Below are positions 37,432 through 48,500 of a stretch of 64,000 nucleotides of DNA, in pieces. The number at the start of each line of letters is the position of its first letter. The stretch's first letter is position 1. Below the pieces are notes generated by a model. The model was given only the letters and a program-made list of their open reading frames with translations. It searched no databases and had not been told where the DNA came from. The stretch is from Alloascoidea hylecoeti (lineage: Eukaryota), in the NCBI GenBank assembly GCA_001600815.1, contig BCKZ01000004.1, forward strand, positions 1,267,566 to 1,331,565. Reading direction: 5' to 3'. The position numbers and the translations under genes were made by a program.

Positions 37432-38583
37432 TTAATTAATTCTTCTAAATTTTTTAACTTGATAATCATTAGGATTATAATCATCATTAATTTCATTATA
37501 ATTTCTAATTTTTGAATTTTCATTAAGATTTTCATTAATATTCTGATTATTAAAATCATTTATATTTAAATTAATACCATAATCAATAATATTTAAATTT
37601 AAATTATAACCAATATCAAATAAATCTTTTTTTGGATGATAAGAATATTTTAAATGTAATAAATCTAAAAATTGATCTTTATTTAAGATTTTAATAATTT
37701 TTTTATTATTAATATGATTAATTGAATTAGTATTTAAATTTGTTGTATTTGAGGATAATGATAAATCATATAATAGCATTCTCATATCACTATATAAATT
37801 TTCATTTATAATACCAGGTATAATATAAATTTTCATATTTGCTTTATATCTTGGATATGCAACTTCTCTTTTAACAAACTCAGTTGAACATTGAATTTCA
37901 TTTGAATTTGAATTTGAATTTGAATTTGAATTTAAGTTTGAATTGAATGAAGATGAAGAATTTATTGTTTCTAATTTAATAATATGATTCCCACCTTTAT
38001 AATGAGAAGAAGTTCTTATAATTTTAACAAAAGTAAATAAATTTAAACCAAATAAAGATTTTATAGTTTCATAAACATCAATTTTTTTAATATTATTATT
38101 ATCATCATCATTTGATTGCTCAAATTTAACAGTATAATAACTTGGACATTTTAAAGTTTTATTAAATAAGATTTTATTATAAATTTTTATATTATTTAAA
38201 TCATTTGATGGTGATGTTGTTGAAGAAGATTGTAAAGATTTATTAATATCATTTAAATTACCAATTCTTTCTAAACAAGTAAATAAAGAAATTAAATCAG
38301 GATATAAACAAAATTTAACAATCATTTCAGAAGAATATGGACGTCCTTGTGGTCTATTTGAACCAGTTAATTTTTGAATTAATTTTGCATCTTTTTTTGG
38401 AACATAGTGTCTTCTTTTAGCAATTAATAACGGTTCTTTAATTATTTGATTTGTATTATTTGGAGGAACTATTGGAGAAGAAGGATCTGATTCAATTTCA
38501 TTTTCATTGTCATCCGAGGATAATGAAGAAGATGAATAAAAAGCAATATCTTTAATTGTAGAAATGGAAGGTAAAGATAGCAT
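37432..38583 (-). CDS. Hypothetical Asn/Ser-rich protein (~383 aa)
   Basis: Host-like AT-rich codon usage from ATG 38583 (MLSLPSISTI); folded-looking blocks (FTFVKIIRTS, VKREVAYPRYKANMKIYIIP) between low-complexity tracts; the upstream extension in the ORF track runs through a cupin relic. Confidence 0.75.
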   Translation of the reverse strand: MLSLPSISTIKDIAFYSSSSLSSDDNENEIESDPSSPIVPPNNTNQIIKEPLLIAKRRHYVPKKDAKLIQKLTGSNRPQGRPYSSEMIVKFCLYPDLISLFTCLERIGNLNDINKSLQSSSTTSPSNDLNNIKIYNKILFNKTLKCPSYYTVKFEQSNDDDNNNIKKIDVYETIKSLFGLNLFTFVKIIRTSSHYKGGNHIIKLETINSSSSFNSNLNSNSNSNSNSNEIQCSTEFVKREVAYPRYKANMKIYIIPGIINENLYSDMRMLLYDLSLSSNTTNLNTNSINHINNKKIIKILNKDQFLDLLHLKYSYHPKKDLFDIGYNLNLNIIDYGINLNINDFNNQNINENLNENSKIRNYNEINDDYNPNDYQVKKFRRIN

Positions 38584-38721
38584 ACTAAGCGAATAAATAT
38601 TGAATAAGAAAATAACAAAATGAGTGAAAAATGACAAATTTATAAAACAATTGATAAAATGCAAACTCGGTAACATCTCGTACTTTCTACGTATAAGTGT
38701 CTTACTTGAAAAGGCAATAGA

Positions 38722-38953
38722 AAGAATCAATTCGATTGAATTACAACTAATTAGACCTGTAAATAGTGATAAAAAGTTATTCGGAGTCCCCAAGCCCTTT
38801 AGCTCCCCCCAAATCTGGTTTAAGCTCTCCACTCTCCGCTTTGATTGGCTGAGCAGCACCGACACCCAGAACATCCTTGTCGTTTCCACGTTGCTGGGGT
38901 GCATGCATCGTCCCTCTTTGGACACACGCGTCTCCCGGCGCCAACTCACGTGT
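38722..38953 (-). pseudogene. Duplicated 3' fragment of the cupin gene, GC-enriched
   Basis: gataaaaagttattcggagtccccaag…tttgattggctgagcagcac…cgtccctctttggaca…ccaactcacgtgtc matches 39169-39364 with indels. Confidence 0.85.
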
Positions 38954-39177
38954 CAATCGCTTGGGCCGGTGCGGCGGAGTGGTCAGTCCCGGGGAAGAAC
39001 AAACATGTGATACACAACAGTCTCAAGACGCACCCACCAGAATGAAATGGTGATGGAACACTGGGTTTTCTGCTACTCTGTAACGTCTCGCAATTTCTAC
39101 GTGTAGATAATTAAAGAGGAAATAAATGTCAATTTCGATTGAATCACAACTAATTAGTTGTGTAAATAGATAAAAAG

Positions 39178-39732
39178 TTATTCGGAGTCCCCAAGTCCCT
39201 TAATTCCTCCCAAATCTGATTTAACCTCTCCATTCTCCAATTTGATTGGCTGAGCAGCACATAACACATAGAACATCCTCGCAATATCCACCTGACTCAG
39301 ATTCCTCCATGCATGCTTCGTCCCTCTTTGGACAAACACATCCCCCGGCCCCAACTCACGTGTCTCCCCCGAATCCATTACAATTTCCACTTTCCCACTA
39401 ACAACAACTCCATAATCAATTGTTTGGGTTCGGTGTAATGGAGTAGTGAATCCTGGAGGAATATCAAACATCCGCACTGTAACCCCATCTTCAGCAGTCA
39501 AATTTGTAGAACTATTGCATTCATTTTGATAACTTTTAAAATCTTCATCTTTATTTAAATTAACTGGAAATCCATGTGTTGAATAAACCATTCCTAATTG
39601 AGAAGTATGTTTGTCTGTACTTACTTCAATCCAAGGAACTTCACATTCTTTTTTAATTATGGATTCTCCATTTTCATTTACTTCACTGATATATCTTTTA
39701 GGTTTATCCATTTTAATTTGATTATNTTTCAT
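39178..39732 (-). CDS. Cupin (RmlC-like) domain protein; start could be ATG 39711 (MDKPKR)
   Basis: Cupin motifs PPGFTTPLHRTQTIDYGVVVSG and LGPGDVFVQRGTKHAWRN; one N base near the start. Confidence 0.9.
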   Translation of the reverse strand: MKXNQIKMDKPKRYISEVNENGESIIKKECEVPWIEVSTDKHTSQLGMVYSTHGFPVNLNKDEDFKSYQNECNSSTNLTAEDGVTVRMFDIPPGFTTPLHRTQTIDYGVVVSGKVEIVMDSGETRELGPGDVFVQRGTKHAWRNLSQVDIARMFYVLCAAQPIKLENGEVKSDLGGIKGLGDSE

Positions 39733-41074
39733 TTATGTAGGAAACAGGTCTTTATATATCTTTCACATTACATTAAAATCATATATATTCAATTGAATTA
39801 TAGCTATGAAAGGCGTTTGGATACACCATNTGAATTTCCCAACCCCGTATCTTTTTTCTTTCCCNACGTTTACCATAGGACTGAAAATAGTATTAAGGAA
39901 AAACACTTGATGCCTGTAATATTCTGTTCCAGTGTGGTACATATAAATACCNCTTTTTTATGTAATGAAATAAAAGTATATTAAAATGTATATGTGCTCT
40001 TTTAGAATATAACAGGAATATTAATGATTATGATAAGATCTATGCTATAGTTAAAACTAACAGGTGGCTTAGTAGCAAACAGCAGGTTATGTTAATCAAG
40101 TCTTTAAATTGGGAGATTATTTATCGGAACAACATTACAGCTTACGCATCTGTTGGTAACACGCGTACCTGAGTAAGTCAATTGTAAAACGTAATTATTA
40201 TTAGTTTTGACATTTATAATTATATATCTTCATCTCTTATAATTATTCCGGTTATATTTTAAAAGCACATATCTACATTAATTATTTATTAATATACATG
40301 TATAAGGCCTCATACTTTCAATTAAAATTTCAAAAACTTACTTTTTTTTTTGCTTTATACCTTTTGAATTTTAATTTTCATTAGTTACATGAAATTTAAG
40401 GTAATATTTACATACACTGGAATATTATAATTACTGGCCTCAAATATTTTTCCTTATTTCTAGATCAAGGCTGGGCAGGATCCTTTGGCAAGTAATGAGC
40501 CAAGCAGATTAAATTTCAGAGACATGAGCATACAAACCGAACACGAGTAACTTATGCCATACAATGACCATTGATTACTGTATTAAAAGATTTTAATTAT
40601 GGTAAACCATTAATATTACGATCGACTTTGTCAAATTGAAAAAAAATTGAAAAAAAATTGAAAACAAATTTCGTATTGTAGAGTTAACCTTTGGAGAATA
40701 GTGAGTCGAAAGATCTAGAAAAATAAGTTATATATTCATATGAGTATTTAAATGAAACACTATTTTGCTAGCTGTATTTTGTATGTCAATTCTCAGTCCA
40801 ACGCTTCATAGATTAGGCTATAATATCATTTGATTATGTATAATTTAGTAAATGTTTTCTTTTCATATAGTATCAACTGTTTATTCCTCAAATCGGACGA
40901 ATTACTTTTCAACCCATCTTAAGAATCTTTTCTCATTCATAATAGGCCTCACGATCTATATTAATGTTAATGAAATTTAGTTATATTGTAATTGATAACT
41001 TTTATTAAAACTTCACGGATATATAAAACTTTTTATTTTACTTTATATATTGTAGGGACCTTATAGAGACTAGT

Positions 41075-41640
41075 TATAAAATTATAACACAAGAACAGTT
41101 TCTTCTTCAATAAAAGTCTTTACAGCTGCCAACATCTCCAAAAACCAATTCAGCTCTAACAACCCAATCTTCAGGAACTTTAAATCCCAAATCTTTAATA
41201 GCTTTTGAAACAAAATCATTACAATGTTGTAAATTAGTACCAAGTCCTCTATGTTCAAATTCTACCCATGTTGAAATTTGTGCGAACCCATTTGAATTAA
41301 CCGCCCAAATTGGGACTTGTTTTGTGAAGATTTTAGGGGCATTTTTAGTTAATCCATTAACTGTTTTCATATCACCAAAAAATATGACAGTACCATAAGC
41401 GTTTTTAAAGATTTTTTGAATTTTGAAACAGGAATTGGATAATTTGGAGTTGAGGATGCTTGATTAATAACAGAAGACCATAATGCAGTTGATTTTTCTT
41501 CAGTTAGGATCAAAGCACGGATTCAATTTGATCTTTTGAGATTTTAGAAGTAGATCCAAGATTGTAAATAGATATTCTAGAAACAATTGGTGCTAAATTT
41601 GAAGATGAAATGTTTTGGTTATAATTCTTTATGATGTAGT
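41075..41640 (-). pseudogene. Nitroreductase (Frm2/Hbn1-like) pseudogene
   Basis: AYGTVIFFGDMKTV…WAVNSNGFAQISTWVEFEHRGLGTNLQHCN…VPEDWVVRAELVFG matches Frm2/Hbn1; the 5' part is frameshifted and deleted. Confidence 0.82.
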
Positions 41641-42749
41641 AATTATTGTATGATAAGAAATAATGGTAATATTTGAAGCTTAAGGGAAATAATCCAGTTT
41701 ATATAAACCTATTTTCTTCCTGTTATAATTATATTAGTAGTAATAGCAAAACAGTTTTATAATCATTAGTAACGATTAGTTATGACATGCTTATTAATTG
41801 ATAAATCTAACATCTTCCAAACCGTTTATAATAGAAGTTGCCATTAAAAAATCATCCCCAAAGAGTCTTAATTTAATGCCAATTCAACAAAGTCTCTTTA
41901 TAAATTGGTTCATATTAGTCAAAACTTCCTGTGGTAAATCGGTTTAAAACCCACCGTGATATTATTAGTAACACCATTTATATTGATGCTTGGATGCGTT
42001 GAAGTTGGATAATTTAATACTGAATTTTCATAAGATTCAGAGAAATTATAACTTTTCACAGTAGGTCCAATATTTATGAATAATCTTCTAACATCTCATC
42101 CTCTGATAAACCAAGGTATAACGACCTTGTAATAGTTGGTGATTTGCGATAATCTGTAAAATCGTTCCAGAACATGAATTATTCTTGTTAATGCAACAAT
42201 GCTTATTCCATCTGGAGATCATCAGATCCTAATATATCATAGAACATTCAGGTGATACACTAATACTCGCCTATTGATCAAGTTGATTAATCGACTACGC
42301 GATGCACTAAATAACCGCCCATATAATACACTATTGTTCGGTTATTGCAGTGGCTCCATTGAATTTTGGCGTCATGTGTGATTTTACTGTTACTGAGCCT
42401 TTCATCCATAAATAATATTTGTAGTTATATTGAAAAGGATGTAGATTTATTGTTCAATCATAGGCTTCAAAGATATTTTGGATTACTACTATGTATGAAA
42501 TGAAAAAAAAAATTTCTACTTTTCATAATCCAAGGAAGATATAAAAACTAGAGAGAAGAAGAAAAAAATATAACAAACGTTGTTGTTCACTAAATTCCTA
42601 TAGTTAGCTATATTTCATGAAAACCAATATCAGTTGCAAGATTTGCACACAAACTACACCATTTTGAGCGTTTTAACTATTACTAACCCAAGATCCTGTC
42701 AAAGCAATATCCTATACGACTAGTCAGCGATTTAAAAAGTTACAAATAG

Positions 42750-43201
42750 TCATATGGAACTCTCAAGTCCTTTAATTCCTCCCAAATCTGATTTAACCTC
42801 TCCATTCTCCAATTTGATTGGCTGAGCAGCACATAACACATAGAACATCCTCGCAATATCTACCTGACTTAGATTCCTCCATGCATGCTTCGTCCCTCTT
42901 TGGACAAACACATCCCCTGATCCCAACTCACGTGTCTCCCCCGAATCCATTACAATTTCCACTTTCCCACTAACAACAACTCCATAATCAATTGTTTGGG
43001 TTCGGCATAATCTTCATCATTATTTAAATTAATTGGAAATCCATGTGTTGAATAAACCATTGCTAATTGAGTAGTAAGATTATTCCCAGTTATTTCAACC
43101 CATGGAACTTCAGATTGCTTTTTAATTATGGATTCTCCATTTTCATTTACTTCACTGATATATCTTTTAGGTTTATCCATTTTAATTTGATTATATTTCA
43201 T
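42750..43201 (-). pseudogene. Cupin duplicate inactivated by an internal ~100-bp deletion and frameshift
   Basis: Sequence jumps from …NDED to RTQTIDY (equivalent to loss of ~39434-39540), removing the first metal-binding His and shifting frame. Confidence 0.88.
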
Positions 43202-44659
43202 TTATGTAGGAAACAGGTCTTTATATATCTTTCACATTACATTAAAATCATATATATTCAATTGAATTATAGCTATGAAAGGCGTTTGGATACACCATCT
43301 GAATTTCCCAACCCCGTATCTTTTTTCTTTCCCTACGTTTACCATAGGACTGAAAATAGTATTAAGGAAAAACACTTGATGCCTGTAATATTCTGTTCCA
43401 GTGTGGTACATATAAATACCACTTTTTTATGTAATGAAATAAAAGTATATTAAAATGTATATGTGCTCTTTTAGAATATAACAGGAATATTAATGATTAT
43501 GATAAGATCTATGCTATAGTTAAAACTAACAGGTGGCTTAGTAGCAAACAGCAGGTTATGTTAATCAAGTCTTTAAATTGGGAGATTATTTATCGGAACA
43601 ACATTACCGGTTATAAGCCTCTATGAGGTCGTTATTACTATTTTCAGGGGTGCAGGTTATGAAAATATGGAGCTGCTACAGTATACCATTCCAACAGGTA
43701 GAACGGTTGAATGTTTTGAACTAATGGCACTTAAACTGAATACTTAAATCTTTGAAGATTACTAAAGAGAACGGTTCAACAGTTTATAACATAAAGAAGG
43801 GTGGACACCTCTTCAGCGGTAATTGAGGTTGTGGAGTAATTAATTGACCACATGGTGCCTAAAAAACCGCGCACATGATACACTCTTGTTGTCGTATAAA
43901 TACAGACTCAACTAAGAATGTCAGGGATAACGAAAACAAAACACAAAAATCAATAACTTAACCAATTATTTAGAATCTCTTAAAAGTCAGTAAGATCACA
44001 ACTCTTAGAATTCTTATCTTCAATGATAACTTGTTACATATTAAAGATTTCAAACATAAAGACCAAAACTTAATAAATTGTTTTTCTTCTGTAGTATAAA
44101 TAAAAACTACTTACATGATGATGTATATCTGTTGAATGTTAGGCTTCAAGGATATTTGGCGCCATTGGATTCCTTATAAGGAGTGAAATTTTCTAGTTTT
44201 TTTAATGAAAAAAATAAAATATAAAACCATGATAAAAGAAGAAGAATCAAATAGAAATAATGTAACAAACAAACATTTAAATTTCTTTTTACAAAATTCC
44301 TAGTTGGGATTATTTAAATTTCATGAATGAAAGTTGGTGAAACCAATAACTTTAATTATAGGAATCTGGGTACTCATATTTGAGTGTTAACTATGAATAT
44401 TCCAGGACCCTCTCAAATCTATACCCTATACGATTAGTTTATACATTATTAGTTTAAAGGTAGACTCTTATTGATATATTGGCCGAAATTAAGCGGAATA
44501 GCTGTAAAGCTACCTACTAATGGTGCTATATTATTACATAATCACCGAAATGTATTGACACACAACACATTTAGTAGTACAATTGGTTAACTCGTTACAA
44601 ACAATATATTTGATATCTAATATTTAACATTTATTGTAACATTAGTTGAAGTGTTTAAT

Positions 44660-45295
44660 CTATTCAGTTAAAGACATGATAGCATTAACGATATCACCAT
44701 CTTGTTCTTTTAAAGCTTTAATTGCCTTATTTCTAGAAACATTAGCCTGGTCAACAACAAGTTCAATGTCTTTTTCATCAACACCAGTAGCATCAACCTC
44801 TTCTTCTTCTTCAACTTCTTCCTTTTTAGGAGCATCAGCAGCACTTTCTAAATCAGCAGTAATTGAGGCAGGATCTTTTGAAGCAGTAGTTCCATCAATT
44901 GGCTCACCGGCGGCTTGAGCAGCGGCTTGAGCGGCTTCCTGGGCTTGTTGAGCAGCAGCATATTTTTGATTAACATCTTCAACTTTAACTTCACCGAATA
45001 CAACATAAGTACCAGAAGGAGTTTTATAAACTTCAGGATTTGCAACAACAAATATGAAATTTCTTGATCTTGTGAAAGTAACACGATTAATTCCTTCAAC
45101 TTTCTTTAAATTCAATTTTGAAATCAATTTTCTTGCTTTTTTTTCATTTTTAGAATAGACAGAAATTGTTTCTTCTGATAATTCTTCAGGGACTTCATTG
45201 TGGGAATGATTGTGGCCTTCATGATCATGGGTATGTTCATGATCGTGTTCGTGGGCTTGAACTTCCTCGACTTCTTCAACTTTTGGAGCGGACAT
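44660..45295 (-). CDS. EGD2: Nascent polypeptide-associated complex alpha subunit (211 aa)
   Basis: NAC domain SKNEKKARKLISKLNLKKVEGINRVTF…YVVFGEVKVED and C-terminal UBA DIELVVDQANVSRNKAIKALKEQDGDIVNAIMSL. Confidence 0.96.
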   Translation of the reverse strand: MSAPKVEEVEEVQAHEHDHEHTHDHEGHNHSHNEVPEELSEETISVYSKNEKKARKLISKLNLKKVEGINRVTFTRSRNFIFVVANPEVYKTPSGTYVVFGEVKVEDVNQKYAAAQQAQEAAQAAAQAAGEPIDGTTASKDPASITADLESAADAPKKEEVEEEEEVDATGVDEKDIELVVDQANVSRNKAIKALKEQDGDIVNAIMSLTE

Positions 45296-45564
45296 TGTAG
45301 GTTAGATGATACAAAGAGGCCGGAGCGGATGGACGAAAGTGAAAAAATAGCGACAGACTGAGAAGTACCGATGTGGGTGTAGGCGTAGGCACGGGTGCAC
45401 GGGTGCACGGATTAGTAACGCATTACGTAAACATTCTATTATACGGTCGGAAATATCGGCAGTCGGATTGACCGGAAGCGGCGGATTGCTTTTTTCCTCT
45501 TTTATTGATTTTAATTTGATTTTTGGTGCTTTTCTTTCTCTGATTTGATTGTTAGTTGCTAATT

Positions 45565-48500
45565 ATGTCTTTTGAATCCACGAAATCTTCGACTGCCCCT
45601 TCCAAATCTTCAAATTTAAACATCCGTCAGAATATCCAACCTGCAAGTTCTCAGACAATTAACCAACAATCAACTTCCACTTCAGCCGAAAATGAAAATC
45701 GTAAAGAGATCCCAATAAACGACAAACCTCCACCAAATGCAAACGGAAGTGGGAAAAAATGGTATAACTTCTTTCACAAAAATGAAATAATATCCTCGTC
45801 TCCAAGGTCGATTTTTATAAATTTAGCATTACCTTCAAATATGCTGGATGACAAAAATCGACCTTTAATCCAATACCCAAGAAACAAAATTAGAACCACG
45901 AAGTATACTCCTCTAACTTTTATTCCTAAAAACATCTTTTTTCAATTCCAAAACATCGCCAACATCTACTTTTTATTTTGTATCATATTAGGTGTAAGTA
46001 ACCCTTGCTCAGTCATAGGATCTGCATACATTAACAATCACTAACTTTAAACAATGAATGACATAGGCTTTTGCAATCTTTGGTGTTTCTTCTCCTGCTT
46101 TAAGTGCTGTTCCTTTAATAGTAATCGTTATAATCACCGCTATAAAAGATGCCGTTGAAGATTCCAGACGTACAATATCTGATTCGGAATTAAATAATAC
46201 TCCTGTTTTTATATTACAAGGTCTAGAAAATTCAAATCATTTAGATGATAATATATCTTTATGGAGGAAATATAAAAAATTTAATACCAGAATATTGGTT
46301 ACTTTTTTACATTGGTTTATATCAATATTTAAATCAAAATCAAAATCAAAATCAAAATCTAAAAAAATTCATAATGATGACGATGATAATAATAGAGATT
46401 TAGAATTGTCTCAAGTTAGAACAAATATGACAATGGAAACTCCAAGACAATCACAAGTTTATTCCCGCCCATCACAAGCATATTCTAGACAACAACATGT
46501 CGATTCGGATTTTTTTAATAATCCAAATGAATCAATAATTGATAAGTCAATCCATCAACCTTCTTCATCAAATGTTAAATTTAAAAAAAATTATTGGAAA
46601 AATTTAAATGTTGGTGATATTTTGAGAATTCATAAAGATGAAGAAGTACCAGCTGATATTTTAATTATATCGGTATCTGATCCAGAAGGTACATGTTTTA
46701 TAGAAACTAAAAATTTAGATGGTGAAACAAATTTAAAATCAAGACATTCAATGCATTGTGGTAATGGTATTAAACATTCATTTGATTGTGAAAGAATGAA
46801 ATTTTGGTGTGATGTTGAACAACCACAACCAAATTTATATTCTTTTAATGGTGTTTTAAAATGGAATCATTCATCATCATCATCATCAGATGAAGAAAAA
46901 ATAAATTCTGAACCAATTGATATTAATAATATTTTATTACGTGGTTCAACTATAAGAAATACAAAATGGATTATTGGTATTGTATTATTTACTGGTCCAG
47001 AAACAAAAATTATGTTAAATGCTGGTATAACACCAACAAAAAGATCAAGAATTACACGAGAATTAAACGTTTCAATAATTACAAATTTTATTGTTTTATT
47101 TATAATATGTTTTGTATCAGGTATAATTAATGGTGTTTATTATCATCATAATTCATCATCAGAAGCTTTTTTTGGTTATGGTTCTTATGCCCATACACCT
47201 CCTAAAAATGGAATTGTTGCATTTTTTGTTGGTATTATATTATATCAAACTTTAGTACCAATTTCTTTATATATATCAATTGAAATTATTAAAACTTTCC
47301 AAGCTGGATTAATTTATAGTGATGTCTTAATGTATTTTGAAAAATTAGATTATCCATGTACACCAAAATCATGGAATATATCAGATGATTTAGGACAAAT
47401 TGAATATATTTTTAGTGATAAAACTGGTACATTAACACAAAATATAATGGAATTTAAAAAATTAACTTGTTCTGGAGAAAGTTTTGGATTAGTTTATACA
47501 GAAGCAATGATTGGATTACATAAAAGACAAGGGATTAATGTTCAAGAAGAAGAAATTGAAATTAAAAAATTAATTCATGATGATAAATTAAAAATGATTG
47601 ATAAATTACAAAATATAAGTAATTTAAAAGAAAGAGAATTAAATGAAAATAATTTAACTTTTATATCATCTGATTTTATAAATGTATTAACTGGTGAAAA
47701 AGGTGGTGAATTACAAAAAAATGCAAAAGATTTTTTATTTTCTTTAGCTGTTTGTCATACTGTTGTAACTGAAAGAAATGAAGGATCAATTGAATTTAAA
47801 GCAGAATCTCCTGATGAATCAGCTCTTGTTTCAACGGCATCAGATTTAGGATTTACATTTTTAAATCGTTCAAGAAATATAATTGAGTTAGATATTCAAG
47901 GTTTAAAACAAAGATTTAAAATTTTAGATATAATTGAATTTAATTCATCAAGAAAAAGAATGAGTGTTATAATTGAAATACCTAATGAGAATGGAGAACA
48001 TGAAATTAAATTAATTTGTAAAGGTGCTGATAATATAATTTATCAAAGATTAAATCCAAATTCAGATTCAAATTTATTAAAAGAAACAGCAATTCATTTA
48101 GAAAATTTTGCAAGGGATGGATTACGTACATTATGTATTGCATCAAAAACATTATCTCGAAAGGAATATAATGATTGGAAAATTCGTTATGATAATGCAT
48201 TATCATCTATAGAAAATCGAAATTTAAAAATTGAAATGGAAGCTGATTCAATTGAACAAGATTTAAATTTAATTGGTGGTACTGCTATTGAAGATAGATT
48301 ACAAGATGGTGTACCTGATTCAATTGAAATTTTAGGTCAAGCTGGGATTAAATTATGGGTTTTAACTGGTGATAAAGTTGAAACTGCTATAAATATTGGA
48401 TTTTCTTGTAATTTATTAGAAAATAATATGGAATTGTTAGTAATCACTTCAAAATCAAATTCTTCAAACAATAACAGTGATAATGAAAATGAAAATGGAG

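Larger units (their letters stand above)
39190..43607. repeat. Local direct duplication of cupin plus promoter (~39190-40138 and ~42764-43607)
   Basis: 39712-40138 is essentially identical to 43181-43607; the coding parts are highly similar; N bases occur only in the first copy. Confidence 0.92.

Noticed and set aside
38584..38949. 122-aa N-terminal extension of the 505-aa ORF
   Set aside because: It starts at a non-ATG codon inside the cupin relic and crosses T-rich UTR-like sequence; ATG 38583 is more plausible.
39598..43453. Duplicated 128-aa plus-strand ORFs (39598-39984, 43067-43453)
   Set aside because: Antisense to the cupin 5' end and promoter; their conservation is explained by the recent duplication.
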